A stretch of 64,000 nucleotides of DNA from Thauera sp. (GTDB lineage: Bacteria; Pseudomonadota; Gammaproteobacteria; Burkholderiales; Rhodocyclaceae). Positions 20,777 to 32,355 of this stretch are shown here, one piece after another. Positions within the stretch are counted from its first letter, which is position 1, and each line of letters opens with the position of its first letter. A program made the position numbers and the translations under genes. Below the pieces are notes generated by a model, which did not search any database, was not told the DNA's origin, and was given only the letters and a program-made list of their open reading frames with translations. Location: the NCBI GenBank assembly GCA_035433105.1, contig DAORUJ010000002.1, positions 4,769 through 68,768 of the forward strand. The letters are read 5' to 3'.

Positions 20777-21196
20777 ATGGAATGCACCATCAAGTGGGTT
20801 GATGGCATGAGCTTCATCGCTGAAACCGGCACGGGCCATCTCGTCGCGATGGATGGCGCGCCAGAGGCCGGCGGACGCAATCTGGCACCCCGACCAATGG
20901 AGCTGATGCTGGCAGGCGCAGGTGGCTGCACCGCATTCGATATCGTGCTCATCCTCAAACGCGGACGTCACGACGTGCGAGGCTGCAGCGTCCGCCTTGA
21001 AGCCGAGCGCGCCGACACCGACCCGAAGGTGTTTACACGAATCCGTTTCGTCTACACGGTGACTGGACGCAACTTGAAGCGCGAAGTCGTCGAGCGCGCA
21101 ATTCACCTGTCTGCGGAAAAGTACTGTTCAGCATCAATCATGCTGGCCAAGACGGCCGAGATCAGCCACGAGTGCGAAATCGTGGAAGCAGACTGA
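20777..21196 (+). CDS. OsmC/YhfA family protein
   Basis: PRPMELML.GAGGCT and EKYCSAS two-Cys motifs; AAGGAG RBS. Confidence 0.9.
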   Translation: MECTIKWVDGMSFIAETGTGHLVAMDGAPEAGGRNLAPRPMELMLAGAGGCTAFDIVLILKRGRHDVRGCSVRLEAERADTDPKVFTRIRFVYTVTGRNLKREVVERAIHLSAEKYCSASIMLAKTAEISHECEIVEAD

Positions 21197-21269
21197 AGGC
21201 AGAAGGTGGGGGCCGAGGATCAGCCCCTGCTGCAGCCCCACCCCGGGGGCGAAGCTCCGATACGCTGGC

Positions 21270-21890
21270 TCAGACCCGGTAAGTCAGCGTCGTCATCACT
21301 TTCGACGCCAGCTTCATCGCGCCCTTGATCGGCGCGGGCAATTCATGCGCCCCCAGGGAGACCGCGGTTTGCGCATGTTCTATCTCGTCGCTCTTCATCT
21401 GCTCGACGATGGCACGCGATTTTTGATCATGCCCGGGCAACGTGCCGAGGTGATCCTTGAGGTGATGCTCGACCTGTCGCTCGGTCTCGGCGAGAAAACC
21501 CAGATTCCAGCGGTCGCCAAAACGGCCGGCGAGCAGGCCGACCGCCAGCGCGCCGCCATACCACAGCGGATTGAGCAGACTCTTGCGCCCGCCCAGCTCC
21601 GCAATGCGGCGCTCGGTCCATGCAAGGTGCTCGGTTTCCTCGTGTGAAGCCTGTCGCAGCGCATCGCGGATCGAGGGATCCTGAGACATCAACGCCTGCC
21701 CCTGATACAAGGCCTGCGCACAAATCTCGCCGACATGGTTGATCCGCATCAGCGCGGCAGCATGGCGACGTTCTTCCTCGCTCAGCTCGGCGTCGGGCAG
21801 CCCCTCACCCGGCACCGGCCGCACGCTGAGTGCCGGGGCAAAGACGGTACGCAGCGCTCGGTCGAATTCGATAATGGCATTGTCGATCAC
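21270..21890 (-). CDS. coq7: Demethoxyubiquinone hydroxylase Coq7 (di-iron)
   Basis: [40 protein letters not shown]. Confidence 0.93.
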   Translation of the reverse strand: MIDNAIIEFDRALRTVFAPALSVRPVPGEGLPDAELSEEERRHAAALMRINHVGEICAQALYQGQALMSQDPSIRDALRQASHEETEHLAWTERRIAELGGRKSLLNPLWYGGALAVGLLAGRFGDRWNLGFLAETERQVEHHLKDHLGTLPGHDQKSRAIVEQMKSDEIEHAQTAVSLGAHELPAPIKGAMKLASKVMTTLTYRV

Positions 21891-22420
21891 TATCTGACTC
21901 CAAAAGCTTGCGAGAGGTCACGTGGTGTGCGCAGCAGGCGCAGCGCATGCGCCTGATCTCGCGGTGCGGCTGGGCCGTCGCAGAAATGCTCGTAAGCCAG
22001 CGCGGCCCGCGGGCGGTTGTAGCTGTTGTCGGTAATGGCTTGCCATGCGCTGTTCTTCATTGGCGTCCATTCACCGTTCTTGCGTCCACTCGCGTAAATA
22101 CGCCACTCCCCTGTCGCGCAGCGAAGCCCCTCGAAGCTCAGGTTCTCGGCGCCGCCGGGGGTACGCACGACCAGGGTGTAGCGCACGACACCGTCCTCAC
22201 CGACGCTGACGCTGCCTTCGTCGACGTAGAAGCGGTTCGGCGAAGCGCTGCTGACGAAAAAGCTGCGCAGGCGTGATTCATCCACCGCCGGCGGCATGCT
22301 GAGCTCGCCCTCGCGCCAGTCGGGATCGGCGTCGACCAGCAAACCTGCGAAGGCATTGCCGGAAAGGCAGACGAGGGCGAGGAGCCCTCTACTAATGATC
22401 CATCGTGCGTTGGCATTCAA
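21890..22420 (-). CDS. CNP1-like family exported protein
   Basis: Signal peptide; [22 protein letters not shown] and FCDG motifs; TTG start uncertain. Confidence 0.7.
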   Translation of the reverse strand: MNANARWIISRGLLALVCLSGNAFAGLLVDADPDWREGELSMPPAVDESRLRSFFVSSASPNRFYVDEGSVSVGEDGVVRYTLVVRTPGGAENLSFEGLRCATGEWRIYASGRKNGEWTPMKNSAWQAITDNSYNRPRAALAYEHFCDGPAAPRDQAHALRLLRTPRDLSQAFGVR

Positions 22421-22478
22421 GCGTGGGGATCTCCAAGGGAAGAACACATTTCGTCTGTGACGGGGCGCCGCCGACCGA

Positions 22479-23036
22479 TCAGCGCTGAGCCGCGCCCAGC
22501 ACCACGGTAATGGGCGCCTCGGGCTCGCCCAGCCGATAGCTGTCAGGCATATCGAATATCCGGGAACGGAACAGGATGCGCGCAAGCTCAACCAGCGCCA
22601 ACTGGTAAACCTGGCGCTTGAACTCGATCACCGCTTCCAGCGGCACCCAATAGTCGCTCCACCGCCAGGCATCAAATTCCGGATGCGAGCTCGCGCGCAG
22701 ACAGACGTCCGAATCACGCCCCACCAACCGCAACAGAAACCAGATCTGCTTCTGCCCGCGATAGCTGTTGCGCCACTCACGCCGTATCCAGTGCCTGGGC
22801 ACTTCGTAGCGCAGCCAACCCCGCGTGCGACCGAGAATCTTCACGTGCTCGGGGCGCAAACCGACTTCCTCGAACAGTTCCCGATACATGGCCTGCTCCG
22901 GCGACTCGCCGTGCTTCATGCCGCCTTGCGGGAACTGCCAGGAATGCTCGCGGATGCGCTTGCCCCAAAACACCTCGTTGCGCGCATTGACCAGAATGAT
23001 GCCGACGTTCGGGCGAAAGCCTTCACGATCAAGCAT
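22479..23036 (-). CDS. rppH: RNA pyrophosphohydrolase
   Basis: [15 protein letters not shown], Nudix box [15 protein letters not shown]. Confidence 0.96.
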   Translation of the reverse strand: MLDREGFRPNVGIILVNARNEVFWGKRIREHSWQFPQGGMKHGESPEQAMYRELFEEVGLRPEHVKILGRTRGWLRYEVPRHWIRREWRNSYRGQKQIWFLLRLVGRDSDVCLRASSHPEFDAWRWSDYWVPLEAVIEFKRQVYQLALVELARILFRSRIFDMPDSYRLGEPEAPITVVLGAAQR

Positions 23037-23207
23037 GGCTAACCTTCAAATTCGGTTCATTGGTACCGATTTTTTCACACTTGGGTGCCGTTTGAAAGCG
23101 CACCACTTCCGTGCATGGCCTAATCTCGCCCCCAACACGTCCTGCCGAGGCGACGCCTTGCGCTAGAATCCAGCGCTTGACAACGCCTTCTCACGCTAAA
23201 GACTCTC

Positions 23208-24956
23208 ATGCGCGCCAGCCAGTTCCACCTCTTCACCCTCAAGGAAGCCCCCTCCGACGCCGAAGTCGTCAGCCAGAAACTGATGCTGCGCGCCGGCATG
23301 ATCCGCAAGGCCGCAGCCGGGATCTATAGCTACACGCCACTGGGCCTGCGTTCGATTCGCAAGGTCGAGACGATTGTGCGCGAAGAAATGGACCGCGCGG
23401 GCGCCATGGAGCTGATCATGCCCCTGGTCCAGCCCGCCGAGCTGTGGCAGGAAACCGGGCGCTGGGACAAGATGGGTCCGGAAATGCTGCGCATCAAGGA
23501 TCGGCACGATCGGGACTTCGCACTGCAGCCGACCTCGGAAGAGGTCGTCACCGACCTCGCCCGCCACGAGCTCAAGAGCTACCGCCAGCTGCCCAAGAAT
23601 TTCTACCAGATCCAGACCAAGTTCCGCGACGAACGCCGACCACGCTTTGGTGTGATGCGCGGGCGCGAATTCACCATGAAGGACGCCTACTCCTTCGACC
23701 GCAGCGAAGAAGCCGCTGGCCGCACCTACGACATCATGTTCGCCGCCTACAAGCGCATCTTCGATCGCCTGGGGCTCGAGTACCGTGCGGTGGCAGCCGA
23801 CACCGGCGCCATCGGCGGCGATCGCTCGCACGAATTCCAGGTCATTGCCGACACCGGCGAGGACGCCATCATCTATTGCCCTGGCTCCGACTACGCCGCC
23901 AACATCGAGCTGGCCGAGGCGCTGCCCCTGATCGCACGCCGCGCCGATGCGGGCCGGGCACTCGAGAAGACGTCGACCCCAGGCAAGGCAACCTGCAAGG
24001 ACGTCGCCGAGTTTCTCGGCATGCCACTCGCCGCCTCGCTGAAGTCGCTGGTGCTGGCCACCGACGACGTCGACGACAAGGGCGCACCGACGGGCGTCAC
24101 GGTGTGGCTGCTGCTGCTGCGCGGCGACCATGCGCTCAACGAAATCAAGGCGAGCAAGCTCGAAGGCCTGAAGGCGGGTTTCCGTTTCGCCACCGAGACC
24201 GAGATCTTCGAGCACTTTGGCTGCAAACCGGGTTACCTCGGCCCGATCGGGCTGCGCAAGCCGATCAAGGTCATCGCCGACCGCACGGTTGCCCGAATGT
24301 CCGACTTCATCTGCGGCGCAAACGACGAGGATTTCCACTTTACCGGCGTCAACTGGGGTCGTGACCTGCCCGAACCCGACCTGGTGGCGGACATCCGCAA
24401 CGTCGTCGAGGGTGACCCGTCCCCCGACGGCAAAGGGGTTCTCGCCATCCAGCGCGGCATCGAGGTCGGACACGTGTTCTACCTCGGCACCAAGTATTCG
24501 AAGGCCATGAACGCCACCTTCCTCGACGAGGACGGCAAGCCCAAGCACTTCGAAATGGGCTGCTATGGCGTTGGCATCACGCGCATTCTGGGCGCCGCAA
24601 TCGAGCAGAGCCACGACCTGCGCGGCATCATCTGGCCAGTCTCGATCGCCCCCTTCGAAGTGGTGATCTGCCCTGTCGGCTGGGGAAAATCGCAGGCGGT
24701 GCGCGATGAAGCGCAAAAGCTCTATGACACGCTGCGTGCGCAAGGCGTGGATGTCATGCTGGACGACCGCGACGAGCGTCCGGGGGTGATGTTTGCCGAC
24801 TGGGAACTGATCGGTGTCCCACATCGGGTGACCATCGGCGACCGCGGCCTGAAGGAAGGTCAGATCGAGTATCAAGGCCGTCGCGACAGCGCAGCCATCA
24901 AGCTGGCCACCGCTGACATCGCCGCGCACGTGCTGGACGCACTCAGCAAGGCCTGA
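23208..24956 (+). CDS. proS: Proline--tRNA ligase
   Basis: [27 protein letters not shown], editing domain, GIEVGH, MGCYGVG. Confidence 0.98.
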   Translation: MRASQFHLFTLKEAPSDAEVVSQKLMLRAGMIRKAAAGIYSYTPLGLRSIRKVETIVREEMDRAGAMELIMPLVQPAELWQETGRWDKMGPEMLRIKDRHDRDFALQPTSEEVVTDLARHELKSYRQLPKNFYQIQTKFRDERRPRFGVMRGREFTMKDAYSFDRSEEAAGRTYDIMFAAYKRIFDRLGLEYRAVAADTGAIGGDRSHEFQVIADTGEDAIIYCPGSDYAANIELAEALPLIARRADAGRALEKTSTPGKATCKDVAEFLGMPLAASLKSLVLATDDVDDKGAPTGVTVWLLLLRGDHALNEIKASKLEGLKAGFRFATETEIFEHFGCKPGYLGPIGLRKPIKVIADRTVARMSDFICGANDEDFHFTGVNWGRDLPEPDLVADIRNVVEGDPSPDGKGVLAIQRGIEVGHVFYLGTKYSKAMNATFLDEDGKPKHFEMGCYGVGITRILGAAIEQSHDLRGIIWPVSIAPFEVVICPVGWGKSQAVRDEAQKLYDTLRAQGVDVMLDDRDERPGVMFADWELIGVPHRVTIGDRGLKEGQIEYQGRRDSAAIKLATADIAAHVLDALSKA

Positions 24957-24964
24957 GCGTCATC

Positions 24965-25612
24965 ATGCGCGCGCCCCTGTCTGCACTCCGTCTGCTTGCT
25001 GCGCTGTTGTTCGCGCTGGCGAGTGCGGCAGCGCTGGCGGGTGCGCAACAATACGAACCCCTGGCCGCCAGTGTGCGGGCGGCACTGCATGAGGCCGTGA
25101 GTGATGCGGTGGCGCCGACGCTGCCGATCACGGATGCGGGCGAACGCGCGCGATGGCTGGCGGAGATGTCGCGCCGTCTGCAAAAACGCCTCCCCGACGC
25201 GAACTACCGGGCCGAGTTGCTCACCAGCATCCACTACGAAGCCACCCGCGCCGGCCTGGACCCGCAACTGGTACTCGGCCTGATTCAGGTCGAGAGCAAC
25301 TTCCGCAAATACGCCATTTCGTCCGCCAGTGCGCGTGGCTACATGCAGGTGATGCCGTTCTGGCTCAAAGTCATGAACCGCCCGGACGACAACCTCTTCC
25401 ACCTGCGCACCAACCTGCGCTACGGCTGCACGATTCTGCGTCACTACCTCGATATCGAGCGGGGCGACCTGTTCCGCGCCCTCGGGCGCTACAACGGCAG
25501 CCTGGGCAAGGCGGAATACCCGAACCTGGTGCGCGCGGCCTGGGAGACGCACTGGAGCTGGCAGCCGCAGCAACTAGCCGCCAGCTCTGGCGCCGCCTCA
25601 CCCTCGAACTGA
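24965..25612 (+). CDS. Lytic transglycosylase (SLT domain)
   Basis: Signal peptide; IQVESNF, GYMQVMP, NLRYG, ALGRYNG. Confidence 0.9.
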   Translation: MRAPLSALRLLAALLFALASAAALAGAQQYEPLAASVRAALHEAVSDAVAPTLPITDAGERARWLAEMSRRLQKRLPDANYRAELLTSIHYEATRAGLDPQLVLGLIQVESNFRKYAISSASARGYMQVMPFWLKVMNRPDDNLFHLRTNLRYGCTILRHYLDIERGDLFRALGRYNGSLGKAEYPNLVRAAWETHWSWQPQQLAASSGAASPSN

Positions 25613-25647
25613 GCTCTTCAGCGGGGCAACAAACGCAATCCGGGCTT

Positions 25648-26244
25648 TCAGCCGGCCACCGCGGCCAGGGGCTTGAGTTCTGCCGCGTGTTTGTCGATCG
25701 CGCGCAGCCCTTCCTTGCCCACCACCTTGGCCAGCGACTGCACGTCACCGGAAATCTCGCCGCCCTCCTCGATCAGGATCTTGCCATAGCGGATCTTGCC
25801 GCTGACCCGGCCGGTAGCGTGGATGATCAACTGCTGACGCGCGGTCAGCTCGCCCTCGAAGCGGCCATGGATCTCCGCCACGTCGATTCCCACGGTGCCC
25901 TCGTAGGCGCCGTCTTCGGCGATGCGAATGACACGGCTGTCCATCGTCGCCTCGACACGCCCCTCGACCACCAGCGTATCGCAATCCAGAATCTCGGCAC
26001 CCTTGAGCTTGACGTCGGGACCAACGATGAGCCGGCTGCCGCTGGTCTGCCCCTGCCCGCTCGCCTCGAACGCAGCACTGCCAACCGGCACAGTCGCGGA
26101 CTGTACCGCTGGCACCGGTTCGGACATCGAGCTGGTGCCCGAGGATGCGCTTGCGGGCGTCACCGGAACACCCGGGCGGTTTGAGGCGGCGCGTTGGCTT
26201 GCGGACTCGGCAAACTTCGGAAACAGATTCGGCTTGTTGAACAT
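25648..26244 (-). CDS. Bactofilin (polymer-forming cytoskeletal protein)
   Basis: N-terminal MFNK peptide, low-complexity linker, beta-helix repeats LIVGPDVKLKG..LVVEGRVEA..AEIHGRFEG..GRVSGKI..IEEGGEISG; AAGGAG RBS. Confidence 0.88.
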   Translation of the reverse strand: MFNKPNLFPKFAESASQRAASNRPGVPVTPASASSGTSSMSEPVPAVQSATVPVGSAAFEASGQGQTSGSRLIVGPDVKLKGAEILDCDTLVVEGRVEATMDSRVIRIAEDGAYEGTVGIDVAEIHGRFEGELTARQQLIIHATGRVSGKIRYGKILIEEGGEISGDVQSLAKVVGKEGLRAIDKHAAELKPLAAVAG

Positions 26245-26296
26245 GACTTCTCCTTGAACGGGGTTCTGGCCATCCGATGCGGCGAGGGAGTCAATT

Positions 26297-26312
26297 AGCA
26301 AGCCTCATGCCA
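26297..26312 (-). promoter_or_regulatory. Sigma54 (-24/-12) promoter of the bactofilin gene
   Basis: Minus strand TGGCAT-GAGGC-TTGCT matches TGGCAC-N5-TTGCW, about 50 bp upstream of the ATG. Confidence 0.75.
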
Positions 26313-26397
26313 TGATTTTTTTCCGCAGCCGCATCAGGGACTTGGAGAACCGCAACAAAGCGGAATCCGGCATGGAGTATGCGACGCCCCCACGCAC

Positions 26398-26481
26398 TGT
26401 CGCCGCAACCCGACAGGCATTCGAGAAGAACCATCAAGCAATTGTTTTTATTGAATTTAGCCGTGTTGCCTCAAGGCGACA
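26398..26481. promoter_or_regulatory. Two GlrR/QseF-type enhancer boxes with an IHF-like site between them
   Basis: TGTC-N10-GACA at 26398-26415, TGTT-N10-GACA at 26464-26481, CATCAAGCAATTG at 26432-26444. Confidence 0.65.
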
Positions 26482-26580
26482 TCAAAGCAGGGTCGTAACT
26501 TGACCTTGCATTTGCATCCGTCCTCCGGATCGCCACTCCCCTAGAATCACCGCTTTCCGTTCTCGTCGCCCCGTGATTCC

Positions 26581-28023
26581 ATGCTGCGCCCGTCCCCGCG
26601 CCCGTCCTTTACCGCAACGCTGCTCGCAAGCTTCCTGCTGATCGTCGGCATCCTGAGCGCGGCGGCCGTCAGCGGCTGGCTGAGCCTGGAAAGCTTTGCC
26701 CACGACAGCCGCAGCAGCGCTGCGATCGCGCTGGCGCTCAGCGGCGACGTACAGCGACTCGCCGAACGCAGCATTGATCTAGAGCGTGGCGCACGCCAGT
26801 ACCTGGTGCTCGAGGAAGCCCCGCTACTCGAACGCTTCCGCGACATCAAGGCAGACACGCTCATTGCGCTGCAACAGATCGAAACCCGACTGCCCGGCTT
26901 CGCTCACGTCCCGGCAGCCATCGCTGAATGGCGACTGCAGGTCGAGGCCGCCGAAGCCGCCCTTGCCGGCGACACACCGGCGGCGAACCGGCAGGCGCGC
27001 ATCGAAGCGGCGACAGCCGCTTTCACTTCCCTCGCGCAGCTCAACGACGGGCTTTCGCATACGGTACGCAGCCAGATCGAGGCTACAAACCGCGAGCTGC
27101 TCGACACCCTGGACCAGCGTCGCGACCTGCTCGCCAGTCAGATCATCGCCGCCGTAATGGTGGCCATCAGCCTCGCCGCACTCACCGGCTGGTGGCTGCT
27201 GCGCCCGTTGCGCCGCATCGAACAGAGCATCGCCGACATCGGCGAAAACCGTCTCGGTCAGACGATCAGCATCGACGGCCCGGCCGACCTGCGTCGTGTC
27301 GGCGCACAGCTCGACTGGCTGCGCCTGCGCCTTGGCGAACTCGAAGCCAACCGCAATCGGGTGCTGCGCCACGTTTCGCACGAGCTGAAGACACCGCTTG
27401 CGTCCCTGCGCGAGGGGGTGTCCCTGCTCGCCGACGGCGTTCTCGGGCGGCTCACCCCGGAACAAAGGGAAGTCACGACCATCGTTGAACACAACACCCG
27501 CGCCCTGCAGGAGCGCATCGAACAACTGCTGCACTACAACGCCGTTCAATTCAACGCCCGCCACCTCGAGCTGCGCCCGAGTGCTCTGCTGCCGCTGGTG
27601 CGCGACGTTGCCGGCGAGCTGCAGTTACAGGCCCAGGCCCGCGATGTCGGCATCGACATCGTCGGCGATGCACCACTGGTGCGCGCCGATAGCGGCAAGC
27701 TGCGTATCGCCCTGTCCAACCTGCTCGCCAATGCAGTCGGCTTCAGCCCCCCCGGCAGCCGCGTCAGGGTCGAGCTGTCGGCGCAGGGCGAAGGGGTTTT
27801 CATCGACTGTATCGACAACGGCCCGGGCATCCGGGCGGAAGAGCTTGAGCGCGTGTTCGAACCGTTCTTCCAGGGCAGCCACCGGGACGAACGACCGGCC
27901 AAGGGCAGCGGCCTGGGGCTGGCCATCGTGCGCGAATTCATCGACGCTCATCACGGCAGGGTTTTCGCACTTCCAACCGTGCACGGCGCTCATTTCCGCA
28001 TCGAGCTACCTCATGCAAGCTGA
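26581..28023 (+). CDS. glrK: Sensor histidine kinase, GlrK/QseE-like
   Basis: LERGARQYLVL periplasmic motif, HAMP with LDWLRLRL, RHVSHELKTPL, KGSGLGL; operon with lipoprotein and sigma54 regulator. Confidence 0.8.
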   Translation: MLRPSPRPSFTATLLASFLLIVGILSAAAVSGWLSLESFAHDSRSSAAIALALSGDVQRLAERSIDLERGARQYLVLEEAPLLERFRDIKADTLIALQQIETRLPGFAHVPAAIAEWRLQVEAAEAALAGDTPAANRQARIEAATAAFTSLAQLNDGLSHTVRSQIEATNRELLDTLDQRRDLLASQIIAAVMVAISLAALTGWWLLRPLRRIEQSIADIGENRLGQTISIDGPADLRRVGAQLDWLRLRLGELEANRNRVLRHVSHELKTPLASLREGVSLLADGVLGRLTPEQREVTTIVEHNTRALQERIEQLLHYNAVQFNARHLELRPSALLPLVRDVAGELQLQAQARDVGIDIVGDAPLVRADSGKLRIALSNLLANAVGFSPPGSRVRVELSAQGEGVFIDCIDNGPGIRAEELERVFEPFFQGSHRDERPAKGSGLGLAIVREFIDAHHGRVFALPTVHGAHFRIELPHAS

Positions 28024-28503
28024 ACCTCACCCAATCTGCAGGCCCATTGCGCTATCGCTGCTGTGCGCAGCACTCTTGGCGGGCTGCGCCTCTCTACCCG
28101 GCATCGGTGCGCCCCAGGATGCGCGCGAACAGCAGTCGGAGACGGATTCGGGCGTCAGCTCGGCACAAGAAATGCTGCAGGATGCAATCCGTGTTGCCGG
28201 GCCGCGCCAGTCCAGCCTGCGACGCGCGCGCAGCCTGCTGGAAGGTCTTCTTGCTGCCGAAGACCCCGAGTCACGTGCGCAGCAGCCCTGCGCACGGGCG
28301 CTGCTCGAACAGATCAACGAACGCCAGCGTCTCGCCGGGCTCAACGAACGTCTGAGCCAGCAGCTCAGGCGCAGTGAAGACAGCCTGAAGGACAGCGAGC
28401 AGCGCAATGAGGCCCTGCAGCGCAAGCTCGACGCCCTGGCCGAAATCGAACGCAGCCTGGCGCCGCGCAGTCCCGCTCCGGTGCTGCCGCACGCGCCCGC
28501 ACG

Positions 28504-28507
<4 letters not shown>
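28013..28507 (+). CDS. Outer-membrane lipoprotein, QseG/YfhG-like
   Basis: Lipobox LLAGC, coiled coil ending LQRKLDALAEIERSL; lies between kinase and regulator. Confidence 0.7.
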
Positions 28508-29901
<1,394 letters not shown>

Positions 29902-29920
29902 ACAGCGCGCCCGGGCAGCC

Positions 29921-31366
29921 TCAGGCCGTCCCGCCCACAGTAAGCCCATCGATGCGCAAGGTCGGCTGACCGACGCCCACCGGCACGCTCTGGCCGTCCT
30001 TGCCGCAGGTGCCGACACCCGGGTCAAGCATCATGTCGTTGCCGATCATCTTTATCTTGGTCAACGCATCCGGGCCGTTGCCGATCAGGGTGGCCCCCTT
30101 GACCGGGCGGGTGACCTTGCCGTTTTCGATCAGGTAGGCCTCTGCGGTGGAAAACACAAACTTGCCCGAGGTGATGTCGACCTGGCCGCCGCCGAAATTC
30201 ACCGCATACAAGCCCTTCTTCACCGACTTGATGATTTCTTCGGGGTTCCTGTCGCCATTCAGCATGTAGGTGTTGGTCATGCGCGGCAGCGGCAGGTGAG
30301 CGAAGGACTCGCGCCGGCCATTGCCGGTCAGCGGCATGCCCATCAGCCGTGCGTTCATCATGTCCTGCATGTAGGCAGTCAGGACGCCATCTTCGATCAG
30401 CACCGTACGCTCGGTCGGGTTGCCCTCATCGTCGATCGACAGTGACCCGCGGCGATCCTGCAGCGTGCCGTCGTCGACCACGGTGACGCCCTTGGCCGCC
30501 ACCTGCTGGCCGATGCGGCCCGAGAAGGCAGAGCTGCCCTTGCGGTTGAAGTCACCCTCGAGGCCATGGCCGATCGCCTCATGCAGCAGGATGCCGGGCC
30601 AGCCTGGTCCCAGCACCACCGGCATCGTGCCGGCCGGCGCCGGGTCTGCGCCCAGATTGACGCTGGCTTGATGCACGGCGGCACGCGCGTATTCGTGCAG
30701 ACGTTCGTCGCTGAAGTAGCCATAGTCGTAACGCCCACCCCCGCCGGCACTGCCTTGCTCGCGCCGGCCGTCTTCTTCCATGATCACGGTAATCGACACC
30801 CGCACCAACGGGCGCACGTCGGCCGCCAGGTGGCCATCGCTGCGCGCCACCATCACCACCTCCCACGAACCCGCGATATGCGCCATCACCTGCGTAACCC
30901 GCGTGTCCTCGGCACGGGCAAAGCCCTCCAGGCGCTCGAGCAGCTTGACCTTGGCGGTGTCATCGAGCGAGTCGAGCGGGTCGTCAGCGCGATACAGGCG
31001 CGACTTGAGCTTGTGCGGCACGATGCCCACGCGCCGACGCTCACCCGCGGCAGCAATGGCCCGCGTCGTGGTCGCGGCGCCCAGCAGCGCGTCCAGCGAG
31101 ATATCGTCCGAATAGGCGAAAGCCGTCTTCTCGGCACTGACCGCACGCACGCCAACACCTTGCTCGATGTCGAAACTGCCTGACTTGACGATCCCCTCCT
31201 CCAGACTCCAGGCTTCGGAGCGCTGGTACTGGAAGTACAGATCGGCGAAGTCGATGTCATGGCGCATCAGCTTGCGGAAGGTTTTCTCAAGCTCCGCTTC
31301 GCCCAGACCATGGGGCGACAGCAGGTAGCGATCAGCGATCTTCAGCGGGTTCTGGCTCTTGCTCAT
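29921..31366 (-). CDS. tldD: Metalloprotease TldD
   Basis: [44 protein letters not shown]. Confidence 0.97.
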   Translation of the reverse strand: MSKSQNPLKIADRYLLSPHGLGEAELEKTFRKLMRHDIDFADLYFQYQRSEAWSLEEGIVKSGSFDIEQGVGVRAVSAEKTAFAYSDDISLDALLGAATTTRAIAAAGERRRVGIVPHKLKSRLYRADDPLDSLDDTAKVKLLERLEGFARAEDTRVTQVMAHIAGSWEVVMVARSDGHLAADVRPLVRVSITVIMEEDGRREQGSAGGGGRYDYGYFSDERLHEYARAAVHQASVNLGADPAPAGTMPVVLGPGWPGILLHEAIGHGLEGDFNRKGSSAFSGRIGQQVAAKGVTVVDDGTLQDRRGSLSIDDEGNPTERTVLIEDGVLTAYMQDMMNARLMGMPLTGNGRRESFAHLPLPRMTNTYMLNGDRNPEEIIKSVKKGLYAVNFGGGQVDITSGKFVFSTAEAYLIENGKVTRPVKGATLIGNGPDALTKIKMIGNDMMLDPGVGTCGKDGQSVPVGVGQPTLRIDGLTVGGTA

Positions 31367-31443
31367 GCATCATCCTTGGGTTCTTTGCCGGGTTGGACCG
31401 GCGCGGCGCGAAAACGATCTGCGCCCTGTTCAAGTTGAAAGGT

Positions 31444-32289
31444 TCAGTCCAGGCAGCGGTGGCGCAGTGCCGGCAGGTTTTCCCGCACGTCTACAAGAAG
31501 CGCGGGATCGAGGTCGGCCAGCACCACACCGGGGCCTTCATCGCGGCAGGCCAACACCTCGCCCCAGGGGTCGATGATCATCGTGTGCCCCCAGGTGACG
31601 CGTCCGCTCGGGTGGCGCCCGCCCTGCCCCGGTGCCATCACGTAGCACTGGTTCTCGATCGCCCGCGCACGCAGCAGTACTTCCCAGTGCGCCCGCCCGG
31701 TGGTGTAGGTGAATGCCGCCGGCAGGATGATCAGATTGACCGCGCCCATCGCACGGAAAAGCTCGGGAAAGCGCAGGTCATAACAGATCGACAAACCGAC
31801 CTGCCCGAACGGCGAGTCGAATGCGCACACCTCGCTGCCAGCCTCTATGGTTGCAGATTCATCGTAGCGCTCCTCGCCGCGCTGGAAGCCGAACAGATGA
31901 ATCTTGTCGTAGCGCGCCACGCGCCGGCCCTGATCGTCAAACACCAGGCTGCTGTTGCGCACCTTGCCATCGGCCTCGGCCACCAGCGGAATCGTGCCGC
32001 CGACCAACCACACGCCATGACGCTGCGCGAGCTCGGCGAGAAAGTCCTGCAGCGGCCCCTTGCCTTCTTCCTCGCGGATGCGCACCTTGGCCTGCTCGTC
32101 GCCCGTGATCAGCGCGAAGTACTCGGGCAGCGCCACCAGACACGCACCTGCGGCGGCCGCTTCGGCCACCAGAGCCGCGACTGCGTCGAGGTTCTGATCC
32201 ACATCGGGCCCGGAGACGGTCTGAATGGCGGCAATGCGGGTGCATCCGGGCAACACGGGGGCAAGTGGCTTGGGGTGTGATGGGCTCAT
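31444..32289 (-). CDS. Carbon-nitrogen hydrolase (Nit1 / deaminated glutathione amidase family)
   Basis: LPEYF, YDKIHLF and ICYDLRFPE (Glu-Lys-Cys triad); yhdP-nit-tldD synteny. Confidence 0.92.
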   Translation of the reverse strand: MSPSHPKPLAPVLPGCTRIAAIQTVSGPDVDQNLDAVAALVAEAAAAGACLVALPEYFALITGDEQAKVRIREEEGKGPLQDFLAELAQRHGVWLVGGTIPLVAEADGKVRNSSLVFDDQGRRVARYDKIHLFGFQRGEERYDESATIEAGSEVCAFDSPFGQVGLSICYDLRFPELFRAMGAVNLIILPAAFTYTTGRAHWEVLLRARAIENQCYVMAPGQGGRHPSGRVTWGHTMIIDPWGEVLACRDEGPGVVLADLDPALLVDVRENLPALRHRCLD

Positions 32290-32355
32290 GCAGGGCTTAA
32301 GTTCAGGTTCGAATGGAGGTTTGTTGCGCACAATCCGTTAGCCAGCCCGCACACT